Origin: an uncultured Victivallales bacterium | Lineage (GTDB): Bacteria; Verrucomicrobiota; Lentisphaeria; Victivallales; CAZGYO01 | Assembly: GCA_964530455.1 (NCBI GenBank) | Contig: CAZGYO010000001.1 | Coordinates: 1 to 33,478, forward strand | Reading direction: 5' to 3' | Length of the DNA stretch: 33,478 nucleotides | Shown here: in pieces, positions 23,179-32,298 of the stretch | Numbering within the stretch: the stretch's first letter is position 1 | Layout: every line of letters begins with the position of its first letter | The notes under the pieces: model-generated | Told to the model about the DNA's origin: nothing | The model's input: the letters and a program-made list of their open reading frames with translations, nothing else | Databases searched by the model: none | Translations under genes and position numbers: made by a program

Positions 23179-23984
23179 TTATAAGATTTATTACGGGAAA
23201 AAGGAGTCGTCATCATACCCCTTAGGGTCTGGAAACGGGGAAGACTATATTTGCCAAGCCCGATTTCAATGGCGGCGAGATCCGTGCGGCGGCGGAAACT
23301 GTTGAAGATACGGTCCCAGACGGAAAGCAAAGAAGTGTAGTTTGAATCGGTTTCGATCTGTATGCGCGAATGATGGACTTTATGCATAGCCGGCGTGACC
23401 AGAAATATACGCAGCCAGCGGTCGAATCGTTCAGGAAGTGCAATGTTAGCATGATGAAAATCAACCACAAAGCCCATAAGCCAGCCGTAAAGCAGCAACT
23501 CCCATAGATATAGTCCCAGCAGAAAAACAAGGGGAATTGGCAATATCGAGGAAAATATAATTTCACCGGGATGGAAGCGGCGGGCACTGGAAACATCCAT
23601 CCAGGGGTCGGAATGGTGCATCCGATGGAATCGCCACAGGAAAAGAATGCGATGGTTGGCCCGATGCCACCAGTATGTCCAGATATCAAGCAGCATAATG
23701 GCCAGAAAGGTATGCAGCCAAATCGGTAAGGCGAAGCGATGAAGCAGACCGAATTTTATCTCAACCGACCTGCCTGCCGCCAGTTTCCACAGTATCAGGA
23801 AACAGATTCCGATCAGCGCGGCATTCAACAGAGCAAAACCAATATTACGTGCCAGGTGCAGGTAGCGCCGCCCCGTTTCCCCCCTGAAAAAAGGGAAGGG
23901 CTGAATGCTCTCCCATCCCAGAAACAGCAAAAAAGCAAGCAGAGCCGCTATATTCCACACTGTTGTTTCATTGAACCAAATCAT
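23175..23984 (-). CDS. Fatty-acid hydroxylase / sterol desaturase superfamily membrane protein
   Basis: Three His boxes (HRANH, HRMHH, HKVHH) in a polytopic protein. I place the start at ATG 23984 (MIWFNETT...) because the longer ORF-track N-terminus overlaps dsbD. Confidence 0.8.
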   Translation of the reverse strand: MIWFNETTVWNIAALLAFLLFLGWESIQPFPFFRGETGRRYLHLARNIGFALLNAALIGICFLILWKLAAGRSVEIKFGLLHRFALPIWLHTFLAIMLLDIWTYWWHRANHRILFLWRFHRMHHSDPWMDVSSARRFHPGEIIFSSILPIPLVFLLGLYLWELLLYGWLMGFVVDFHHANIALPERFDRWLRIFLVTPAMHKVHHSRIQIETDSNYTSLLSVWDRIFNSFRRRTDLAAIEIGLGKYSLPRFQTLRGMMTTPFSRNKSYK

Positions 23985-25860
23985 TCGTCGGCGACCTCTT
24001 CTTTTTTGTGTTCTGCCCGGACAGTATTTTTGGCATGATGGACAGGAATTCATTCGGTGGAAGAAAGCCAGTGACTCGGGAATTTTGCAGTTCATCGCCA
24101 TTGGCATCAAGAAAGACAAGCGTCGGAACCCCTTGCACACCGAAGCGTTCCACTACCGCACGGTTTTCCGCATTGTCATCATGAGTCATATCCACTTTCA
24201 AACGAACATACCCGCCCAGTGCAGCCATAACATCCGGATGGCTGAACGTCTCCCTTTCAAGTTCATGACAAGGAATACACCAGTCGGCATAGAAGTCCAG
24301 GACGACCGGCTTCCTGTTCGTTCGAGCAATATCCAGTAATTCGGGTTGGTATGACTGCCATTCCAATTGTGTGCGCGGCATGGCGACAATCTGCCATACC
24401 CCGTACAAAATAGCAGCTATCCCCAGCGCATATTTTAAATTGCGGAATCCGCGTTTTCCATTGCCGGTTTTTTCAATGAATCCGAGATAAACTCCGCCTA
24501 TAATTGCCGTGATAAGCGGAATCCATTGGACGAACCCCGGCATGATTGCAAGTGCCAGATAAAATAAACCGACTCCAAGCAATATGACTCCGAATACCTT
24601 TTTGACCCATATCATCCAGGCACCCGATTTAGGTAATTTCTGCAGCAGTCCGGAAAATGTTCCCAGTACCAGATATGGCGCTCCCAATCCCATTGAAAGT
24701 ACGAAAAACGCACCAAATCCGAACCATGGGTTACCCCGTGCTCCAACGAGAGCGAGTAAAGCTATAATGGGGGGACCAATGCAGGGGGCGGCGAATATGC
24801 CGACCAGAAGCCCGGATAAGTATACTCCGGCAAAACCGGTCGTCGTTGTGCCGCCGAGGCGGTTCAGCAGTCTGGATGGGGGACGAAATTCGTAAAGACC
24901 AAACATACTCAATGCCATGGCTCCCAATAAAAGTCCGATTGCGACCAGTACCCAGGTGTTTTGCATTACCCCCCCGAACATACCGCCGGTCAAGGCAGCC
25001 AGCGTTCCAAGGATACTGTACATAGTCCCGATCCCGAGTACATAAATCAGAGCCTTTAGGAAAACACCAACGGTTCGTGACTTATTCTGCCCTCCGAAAA
25101 TCGAGACCGTAACTGATAACATGGGATAGACACATGGAGTCAGATTCAATGCAAGCCCTGTCAGAAACATTGCCAGCAGGGTAAGAAACAAACTGCTACC
25201 ACCGAAAACCTGGTTCAGTTCATCTACTGATGATACTGCAGCGTTTTCGATTGGGGAAAGAGTACGAAACCACTTTTCATTGACGGCAGTGACAGAGGTT
25301 CCTTTTGTAACCACCTCGACAGGGATATTTACCGCCAGAGTTGACGGTGCCAGACAAACCTGATCATCGCAGGCCTGAACCGTCAACTCGCCTTTTATTA
25401 CATATTGACCGGGTATAAGATCCGCCGCGGTGGAAATGGTGAACAGGATCGGCGTTTCGCCGTCATACACTGCCAGAGTATCGCCTGCGAATTCAATTTG
25501 CTTTGCAGACGGGTGGTCAATCCTGCCTATTTCAATTCCTGATTGCGGTTTCAGACTCAGAATAGTACCAACGAGATAATCAAACGAAGGCTGCGCCGCC
25601 TGCATGTGCCAACCCGGCTGAATATCAAGAACTACTGCCGCCTGGAACGAAGAACCCGCCGGCACCCGGTCAACAGAAAGAAAATAACGGACATTCATAC
25701 GCGACGCGCTGTCAGTTAACACCGCAGTTTCCTGGGCTACGACAGGCGTCAACAGAATGATACTCAGTAGCGTCAATACCAAGAAGTTCCAAACACCTTT
25801 TTCAGTAGTCTTTTTCACAGTTTTTTTAAACATAGATCCCTTCCTGTTTTCCGCAGCCAT
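23968..25860 (-). CDS. dsbD: Thiol:disulfide interchange protein DsbD
   Basis: Signal peptide, N-terminal DsbD-alpha-like domain, central DsbD/CcdA transmembrane core (NLTPCVYP ... FAAPCIGP) and C-terminal thioredoxin domain with WCIPCH. Confidence 0.9.
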   Translation of the reverse strand: MAAENRKGSMFKKTVKKTTEKGVWNFLVLTLLSIILLTPVVAQETAVLTDSASRMNVRYFLSVDRVPAGSSFQAAVVLDIQPGWHMQAAQPSFDYLVGTILSLKPQSGIEIGRIDHPSAKQIEFAGDTLAVYDGETPILFTISTAADLIPGQYVIKGELTVQACDDQVCLAPSTLAVNIPVEVVTKGTSVTAVNEKWFRTLSPIENAAVSSVDELNQVFGGSSLFLTLLAMFLTGLALNLTPCVYPMLSVTVSIFGGQNKSRTVGVFLKALIYVLGIGTMYSILGTLAALTGGMFGGVMQNTWVLVAIGLLLGAMALSMFGLYEFRPPSRLLNRLGGTTTTGFAGVYLSGLLVGIFAAPCIGPPIIALLALVGARGNPWFGFGAFFVLSMGLGAPYLVLGTFSGLLQKLPKSGAWMIWVKKVFGVILLGVGLFYLALAIMPGFVQWIPLITAIIGGVYLGFIEKTGNGKRGFRNLKYALGIAAILYGVWQIVAMPRTQLEWQSYQPELLDIARTNRKPVVLDFYADWCIPCHELERETFSHPDVMAALGGYVRLKVDMTHDDNAENRAVVERFGVQGVPTLVFLDANGDELQNSRVTGFLPPNEFLSIMPKILSGQNTKKKRSPTNDLVQ

Positions 25861-25896
25861 TCCAGATGATAGATGAACAGCGTACTTGTTATTTTT

Positions 25897-27059
25897 TTAT
25901 ATACATTCACGAAGACGATTCACCGCCCGTGAGACGCAGTTTGCTACTCGTCGGCAATCCTCTGCAGTGGTCGGATATCCTGTTGAGAAGCGAACGGCTC
26001 CCGTCGCCCGCTCGACAGGTATTCCCATTGCTTTCAATACGGGGGATATAGTTGTTTCACCGGCATGGCAGGCCGAGCCCCTGCCGAAGCGGCTACATCC
26101 TTCCGTAAGGCTTCCAGAAGAAGGTGTGCATCCACACCGAGGAAGCTGATGTTCAACGTATTTGGCAGACACTCTGCCTGATATCCGTTCACTTGTGTCT
26201 CCGGAATGGAAGCTGTCAACAGTTCCAGAAGCAGGCTGGTAACGGATTTCAGGTGTGCTGCGATTTTATCACCGTCCCGCCGTACAATTTCACAGGCGGC
26301 CCCCAGACCGACAATTTCGAGTACGTTTTCGGTGCCGGCGCGGCAGCCGTTCTCATGTCCGGCACCGTGCATAAGCGGTTCGATCGGCGTACCGCACCGA
26401 ATGTAGAGAGCGCCGATACCCTTCGGTGCGTAGACCTTGTGTCCGGCGACGCTGAGCAAATCCACTCCCAGTGCATCAACTCTGACCGGAATTTTCCCGA
26501 CGGATTGAGCGGCGTCGGTATGCATCAATGCTCCGTGTGCATGCGCGATATCCGCCAATGCACGGATCGGACCGATCGTGCCGGTTTCGTTATTCGCATG
26601 CATGATGCTGACAATAACGGTACGGTTCGTAATTTTTTGGCGAAGAGCATCCGGATCGACTCGTCCGTTTCCGTCGACCGGCAGGTATGTGATATCGAAT
26701 CCGTTTCGCGACAGCCATCCACACACCTGGAGTACGGCCGGATGTTCCGTGACCGACGTGATAATGTGATTCCCGCGATGCTGGCAAGCACGGGCCACTC
26801 CCTTGAGCGCATGGTTGTTGGATTCGGTTCCACCGCTTGTAAAGACAATCTCTTCCGGTGTCGCTCCAAGCAATTTCGCCACCTGATTGCGTGCGTGGGA
26901 AACAGCATCGCGCATCACGTACCCATAAATATGGTTGCTCGAGGGATTCCCAAAATGTTCCTCGAGAAACGGACGCATAGCTTCGATTACCTCGGGCACA
27001 AGCGGTGTCGTGGCATTGTAATCGAAATAAACCGGCTTTTCTTCAGTTAGCATTTTCAA
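25897..27059 (-). pseudogene. NifS/IscS-type cysteine desulfurase interrupted by a 1-nt frameshift (or assembly error)
   Basis: 26034-27059 encodes the PLP domain (TSGGTESNN, SVAGHKVYAPKGIG). The catalytic loop GSACHAGETT and C-terminus (AVRFSTGY...) continue in another frame (25897-26172). The frames meet at the C4 run 26078-26081 (G4 on the coding strand). Confidence 0.8.
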
Positions 27060-27150
27060 CTCCTATGTTCCTATGATCGGCCACCAAATCCGCTACGCTC
27101 CTCCGTAAGTTAACCGCTAATCTACGCTAATCCACACTAATAAAACTACC

Positions 27151-27163
27151 TTGACTGTGTCAA
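27151..27163. promoter_or_regulatory. Perfect palindrome TTGAC-tgt-GTCAA upstream of the nifS-like gene
   Basis: Seen directly. Overlaps the stop codon of the nucleoside phosphorylase gene and lies about 95 nt upstream of the nifS-like ATG. Three 10-nt tandem decamers (ccgctaatct/acgctaatcc/acactaataa, 27114-27143) lie just beside it. Confidence 0.2.
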
Positions 27164-28020
27164 GCCGGACGGCCCCGCCCGTTCCGTAGTAAGCGAAGCG
27201 AGCGGAGTTTGAACGGGCCATTCGCCCCGCCCGGCTCCGGGCGCTCCTCCCAAACCTCAATGATTCGCTCTATCAAGCCACGCAGGGCCTTATTGCCGTC
27301 GCCCTCGCCTTTCTCGAAGTCATTTTCGACGGTGGCCATGCGATTGGTGACGTGGGCGAAACAGAGAATTGAGCGTCGTCTCGCCTCGGCGAACGCATAG
27401 AGAGCTGCGGCCTCCATCTCGACCGCCAGCAATCCCTCCGAACGGGCGAAAGCGATGGCCGCCTCGGTTTCCCGGAACGGCGCGTCGGTCGTCCAAGCGC
27501 CGCCGCTGATGACGCGGTCGATTCCATCGGCGGTCAGATTCTTGGCGAGGGCGGTCATCTCCGGAGCGGGGTGAACGTAAGGTTCCGGCGGAAGGTAGTG
27601 ATAGCTGGTCCCCTCGTCTCGCAACGCCCGGTCGATGAAGACGAAATACGGGGGTTCTCCAGCGTCGTTGATCTGCCCGGCGGACGTGACGCTGATCAAA
27701 AGTTCACAGCCGGAGGCGAACATCTCCTCGGCCACAAGCGTGGCGAACGACGCTCCCACAGCACAGCCAACCACCCCGACAGTAGTCTTCGTCAACGCCC
27801 ACTCCAGCATTTCGGTATGATAGCAAGCCCAGTGCGGGTTGTTCTCCGCGCCGGAAAGTTTCAGTTCGCGGCATAGATCGCCATCCGGGTCAAGAAGGCA
27901 AATTCGAGGCACGTCTCCGGACGGCACACACTTCTGTCGCCGGGCCTCGCGCAACAATCCTTCGACGGTGAAAACGGAGGGGTGCCTGAAAAATTTATGA
28001 GAGAATAGTGGTGAATTCAT
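27160..28020 (-). CDS. Nucleoside phosphorylase (PNP_UDP_1 superfamily)
   Basis: VGVVGCAVGASFATLVAEEM, SVTSAGQI and AVEMEAAALYAFA motifs are typical of the PNP/UDP/MTAN family. Has a Gly/Arg-rich C-terminal tail. Very GC-rich relative to its neighbours. Confidence 0.75.
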   Translation of the reverse strand: MNSPLFSHKFFRHPSVFTVEGLLREARRQKCVPSGDVPRICLLDPDGDLCRELKLSGAENNPHWACYHTEMLEWALTKTTVGVVGCAVGASFATLVAEEMFASGCELLISVTSAGQINDAGEPPYFVFIDRALRDEGTSYHYLPPEPYVHPAPEMTALAKNLTADGIDRVISGGAWTTDAPFRETEAAIAFARSEGLLAVEMEAAALYAFAEARRRSILCFAHVTNRMATVENDFEKGEGDGNKALRGLIERIIEVWEERPEPGGANGPFKLRSLRLLRNGRGRPA

Positions 28021-28172
28021 GAGGTTTTCAGCTTCCTTTATCTCTTATAATCCGCCAATTACCTAATAGTATATCGAATTAGTGCATAATTAAAGGAGTA
28101 AAATGGAAATAAATGATTTTTATTTATTTTCAAAATAATCTTAATGTCTGTCTGCGGTCGATAAAAACGAAA

Positions 28173-29291
28173 TTATCGACCGCCCCGAAATTCGGCACTG
28201 AAGAATAATTTTTCGATTTTTGTTTTCAGATCATCGCGGATATTTCTGAATACTTTTATTCTCTCATTTTTGTTATTTACAGCAACTGGGTCATCAAAGA
28301 GCCATGATTGACATATTACCGCAGTCGGCAGATTGATGCATATTTCTTCAGAGCAGAGAGTAATAACCATATCAACTTTTCCGAGAGGAATATCTGTTAA
28401 TCTTTTCGGATGATGTCCGGAAATATCAATACCGATTTCCTTCATTACTTCAACTGCGATGGGATTGATTTTATCAGCAGGAGCTGATCCTGCACTAAAT
28501 ACATCAATTTTATCGGAGAAAATATGTTTGGCCAGGCCTTCTGCCATTTGGCTTCTTGCTGAATTCTGGACACACAGAAATACAATGCACTTTGGAACAC
28601 CAGGGGACTCATCGGGAAGAGAGTGAGTGTGTGAAATTTGTCTGCCCGTTGCTAAATAGCATGTGTATTCACAAATGTTTTTAGCATGATCGCCGATTCT
28701 TTCAGCACAACTGATAATAGTCATGATTCTGGAGACCTCGGAGAAATTATCGCAGCCATTTCTCATTTTTTCCATTAAGCTCCTAAATAATTGTGCATGA
28801 AAAGCGTCAATCTGGCGGTCTTTAAGAATAATATTAACCGCTTCCTCATTATCTGATTTGAGGAATGCTGATATCGAATAAGAGACGTTGTTCAAAACTT
28901 CTTTCAGCATCATTTTTAAATCAGGTTCGTCCACTTTATAATCGGTATTCTGGTGCAGTTCAACTGACCTCTCCGCAATACAAACTAAAAGGTCTGCGAT
29001 TCTTTCGAGGTCGGTAACTGCTTTCTGCACAGAAACGATAAAGCGCAGATCGGTGCCTAAAGGCTGTCTGCGGGCAATTACATTTATGCACTGTCTGTCA
29101 ATCTGAAGCTCCATCCGGTCAACTTCATCGTCTTTACTTATCGCCTGATGAGCACTGTTTAAGCTGCCTTCAAAAAGAGCTGATAAGCAATTATTTCCAA
29201 TTTCCTGAATCAGTGCCTCCATCGAGTAAACAATATTCTTTATGACCAGAAGCTCATTTTCATATTCTCTGTCAGTATGTTTGTCATTCAT
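28173..29291 (-). CDS. phoU: PhoU (two PhoU repeats) fused to a C-terminal ArsC/low-molecular-weight phosphatase domain
   Basis: Residues about 1-225: PhoU (DDEVDRMELQIDRQC...DLRFIVSVQKAVTDLERIADL...AERIGDHAKNICEY). Residues about 235-372: LMWP/ArsC fold with the CX5R(S) loop CVQNSARS, VFSAGS, and VITLCSEEIC...LFDDP resembling thioredoxin-coupled ArsC. Confidence 0.85.
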   Translation of the reverse strand: MNDKHTDREYENELLVIKNIVYSMEALIQEIGNNCLSALFEGSLNSAHQAISKDDEVDRMELQIDRQCINVIARRQPLGTDLRFIVSVQKAVTDLERIADLLVCIAERSVELHQNTDYKVDEPDLKMMLKEVLNNVSYSISAFLKSDNEEAVNIILKDRQIDAFHAQLFRSLMEKMRNGCDNFSEVSRIMTIISCAERIGDHAKNICEYTCYLATGRQISHTHSLPDESPGVPKCIVFLCVQNSARSQMAEGLAKHIFSDKIDVFSAGSAPADKINPIAVEVMKEIGIDISGHHPKRLTDIPLGKVDMVITLCSEEICINLPTAVICQSWLFDDPVAVNNKNERIKVFRNIRDDLKTKIEKLFFSAEFRGGR

Positions 29292-29302
29292 AAATCCTCC
29301 TT

Positions 29303-30097
29303 TTATCCGAATTTACCGGTAATATAATCTTCTGTACGCTGATCTGCCGGAGCAGTAAAAATCTGTTCTGTTTCGCCAAACTCAATCAGCTCGCCCAGAT
29401 ACATGTAGGCAGTGTAATCTGAAACGCGTGTTGCCTGCTGCATATTGTGGGTAACAATAACTACGGTGTATCGTTCCCTGAGAGTATGAATCAGGTCCTC
29501 GATTTTTGTAGTTGCGATCGGGTCGAGAGCGGAACATGGTTCGTCCATTAAAAGAACTTCGGGCGCCAATGCAAGCGCCCTTGCAATGCATAGTCTTTGC
29601 TGCTGTCCGCCGGAAAGTGATAAAGCCGACTTATTTAGTCTGTCTTTTACTTCATCCCAGAGGCTGGCTTTATGCAATGACCACTCTACTATTTCTTTAA
29701 TTTCACTACGGGAGATTTTCATGTGGAGCCTTAACCCGAAAGCAATATTTTCAAAGATTGTTTTCGGGAATGGATTCGGCTTCTGAAAAACCATGCCGAC
29801 ACGTCTGCGAAGATTTACAGGATCAACAGCTTTGTCAAGAATGTTGATATCACCAAGGGTTATGTTTCCTTCAACTCTTGCGTCAGGGATAGTTTCATTA
29901 ATACGATTTAACCAGCGGAGCAGAGTGCTTTTACCGCAACCTGAGGGCCCTATGAATGAGGTAACTTTGTTTTCTGGCATGCGGACATTAATATTCTGCA
30001 AAGCCTGAAACGAACCGTACCATGCGTTGAAATCAGAAACTTTCAGAGCCACGGGCCCGTCAATTTGTGTCAAATCCGGATTATTTTTTTTATTCAT
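29303..30097 (-). CDS. pstB: Phosphate ABC transporter ATP-binding protein PstB
   Basis: [24 protein letters not shown] and [12 protein letters not shown], plus typical PstB N- and C-termini. Confidence 0.95.
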   Translation of the reverse strand: MNKKNNPDLTQIDGPVALKVSDFNAWYGSFQALQNINVRMPENKVTSFIGPSGCGKSTLLRWLNRINETIPDARVEGNITLGDINILDKAVDPVNLRRRVGMVFQKPNPFPKTIFENIAFGLRLHMKISRSEIKEIVEWSLHKASLWDEVKDRLNKSALSLSGGQQQRLCIARALALAPEVLLMDEPCSALDPIATTKIEDLIHTLRERYTVVIVTHNMQQATRVSDYTAYMYLGELIEFGETEQIFTAPADQRTEDYITGKFG

Positions 30098-30104
30098 TCT
30101 GTCC

Positions 30105-31328
30105 TCATTTATCTAAGCGGTTCTGTGATTTATTTCTTATTGTGATTGCCACAGCATTGAAACATAGCAGAACGGTCAGTAACACAATAATTCCCCCTGC
30201 AGCAAGGTCGTGAAATTCTTTCTGCGGCCTTTGTGCCCAGTTATATATCTGCAAAGGCATGGCAGTGAAATCATCCATTAAATTCGCCGGAGCATTGGAA
30301 ATAAAAACAATTCCGGCAATCATCAGTAAAGGAGCTGCCTCGCCCACTGCTCTGCTTACTGCGAGGATGGTTCCGGTCATTACAGTCGGCAGAGCAGATG
30401 GCAGAACGACATGCCGCACAGTTTGCCAACGGGTTAACCCCAGTCCCCAGGCAGCTTCCCTCAAATTGTATGGTACAGCCCTCAAGGCTTCCTGTGTTGA
30501 AATAATTATAACCGGCAGAATTACCAGCATGAGAGTTAAAGCGCCGGTAAGAACGCCGCGCCCCAAGGGGAGTCTGAAATAATACCAGTTTCGTTTACTG
30601 ATGCGTCCCGGGGTGTCATATATACGAATAGACCTCAGCCCGGTTTTCTCATTTTCAGGCCATTCTTCATCTTCGCCTATAACATTCAATTTTATAATTT
30701 TTTCTGATGAATCGATAGCATTGATACCCTGAACGAGGGTGGTTTCAGGGCTTCCGCCGCTTTTAACGGGCACAAGAAAAGCCTGATCCGCTTCACTGTA
30801 GAATTGATCAAAATACTCAACTCCCATCTCAAACACCGGACGACTTGTTTTACCGAAAATTCCAAACATTGAAACAAACAGTGTAATCCCTATGATGCCG
30901 TAAACCACCGAAGGAACTCCAGCGAGATTGGTTATGTTAAGCTGAATAAAGCCATGCAGTTTTTTCAACAGAAAATTACAAGGCGGGAATTCCTCTAATA
31001 TGATTGCGGTTGCCACGCCCGCAGGCAAGGCAAAAACCGGGACAAGGAGAAGCAGCCAGATACTACCCATCATTGCCGGGAAGAAACCTGACAATTCCGG
31101 ATTCGGATGAGGCGGAGCCGTGAGAAATGTATATGACAATTCTTTTACTCCGAGTCCCATCAGCGTCAAGATTAAAAACGCCAGCAGCACAACACTGAAA
31201 ACGGCACTGCACAAACATAAGCCCTTAAATACAGCATTGTTTCTGTTGCGTCTGGCTGGTGATATGATAATTCCGCTCCGTTTCTCAGGATCGGAAAGAA
31301 TTTCCGGCATATTGAAATCCTGACTCAT
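30105..31328 (-). CDS. pstA: Phosphate ABC transporter permease PstA (long form with an insertion of about 100 aa)
   Basis: C-terminal [14 protein letters not shown]...PLLMIAG permease signature. The ATG at 31328 forms an ATGA overlap with the pstC stop, and the ORF-track 31379 start is probably too long. Confidence 0.88.
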   Translation of the reverse strand: MSQDFNMPEILSDPEKRSGIIISPARRNRNNAVFKGLCLCSAVFSVVLLAFLILTLMGLGVKELSYTFLTAPPHPNPELSGFFPAMMGSIWLLLLVPVFALPAGVATAIILEEFPPCNFLLKKLHGFIQLNITNLAGVPSVVYGIIGITLFVSMFGIFGKTSRPVFEMGVEYFDQFYSEADQAFLVPVKSGGSPETTLVQGINAIDSSEKIIKLNVIGEDEEWPENEKTGLRSIRIYDTPGRISKRNWYYFRLPLGRGVLTGALTLMLVILPVIIISTQEALRAVPYNLREAAWGLGLTRWQTVRHVVLPSALPTVMTGTILAVSRAVGEAAPLLMIAGIVFISNAPANLMDDFTAMPLQIYNWAQRPQKEFHDLAAGGIIVLLTVLLCFNAVAITIRNKSQNRLDK

Positions 31329-32278
31329 TGGTAAACCTCTCTGAAACGCCTGCGGATTACAGCACCGGTCATGGTGCATCCGAAGGTCAGCAGGAAAAGC
31401 ATGAAAGCTACTGCATACATTGAAAAGTATTCAACTCCGTAATTGGAAACATCACCTAATGCCATCTGCACCATAAAGCCGGTCATTGTCTGAATTTCCT
31501 TCCCTGCATTGAGTGTCATTTTAGGCGTATTGCCAGCCGCAAGCGCAACAATCATCGTTTCTCCCACGGCTCTTGCCGCAGCCAGCAGAATAGAAGATAT
31601 GATTCCGGATAAAGCTGCCGGCAGAAGTACCTTGAAAGATGTTTCATAACGTGTCGCGCCGAGTCCGAGAGCTCCTTCACGCAACTGAACAGGAACCGCT
31701 TTTAATGCATCCTCGGAAAGAGAGGTTATTATCGGCAGGATGAGAATTCCCACCGCAATCCCGGCAGAAAGTGCATTGTATGAACCTATACCTTCATAAA
31801 AGAATTTCATTCCGGGCGTAAATACCGTCAGTGCGAGAAACCCGTATACTACGGTCGGAATGCCTGCTAAAACTTCCAGGGCGGGCTTGATAATATTCCT
31901 GACTTTGGGGTGTGCATATTCACTGAGATAAACTGATGTCAGAATTCCGACAGGAACAGCTATCAACAATGCGACAGCGGCAACAAGAAAAGTACCGCAG
32001 ACCAACGGCCATATTCCGAAATGTTTTTTATATCCCAGCAACGGATTCCACTGTGTCCCTGAGAAGAATTCAGCAATCGACACTTCATCCTGCTGGAAAA
32101 AATGTATTGATTCCTTTCCCAGAACCACAATAATAATCAGGGTGAGAAAAACGGAAAAGGTCGTAACAGCTCCCATTCCGGATAAAAGCCCGGTCTCACA
32201 AATTTTCTGTCTTAAACGGGACCGGGCGCTGAAATAAACAGGAAACCATTGATTGTTATTTTTCTTATTTTGCGTCAT
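31325..32278 (-). CDS. pstC: Phosphate ABC transporter permease PstC
   Basis: REGALGLGATRYETSFKVLLPAA... EAA-loop and six hydrophobic segments. Position between pstS and pstA. Confidence 0.92.
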   Translation of the reverse strand: MTQNKKNNNQWFPVYFSARSRLRQKICETGLLSGMGAVTTFSVFLTLIIIVVLGKESIHFFQQDEVSIAEFFSGTQWNPLLGYKKHFGIWPLVCGTFLVAAVALLIAVPVGILTSVYLSEYAHPKVRNIIKPALEVLAGIPTVVYGFLALTVFTPGMKFFYEGIGSYNALSAGIAVGILILPIITSLSEDALKAVPVQLREGALGLGATRYETSFKVLLPAALSGIISSILLAAARAVGETMIVALAAGNTPKMTLNAGKEIQTMTGFMVQMALGDVSNYGVEYFSMYAVAFMLFLLTFGCTMTGAVIRRRFREVYQ

Positions 32279-32298
32279 GTTCTGTTACTGCAACATCC

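Noticed and set aside
26070-26090. Programmed -1 ribosomal frameshift at A-GGG-G in the nifS-like gene.
   Set aside because: There is no canonical X-XXY-YYZ slippery heptamer or obvious downstream stimulatory structure. A homopolymer indel (mutation or sequencing error) is the simpler explanation.
28103-28138. 11-codon + strand mini-ORF (MEINDFYLFSK) preceded by a perfect AAGGAG Shine-Dalgarno 6 nt upstream.
   Set aside because: It lies in an AT-rich spacer where such ORFs arise by chance, is on the opposite strand to all neighbouring genes, and has no supporting conservation that I can assess.
28153-28182. Hairpin gcggtcgata-N10-tatcgaccgc overlapping the phoU-fusion stop codon, considered as the pst operon terminator.
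   Set aside because: There is no U-tract after the stem on the coding (minus) strand, and the stem partly lies in the CDS. Left uncalled.
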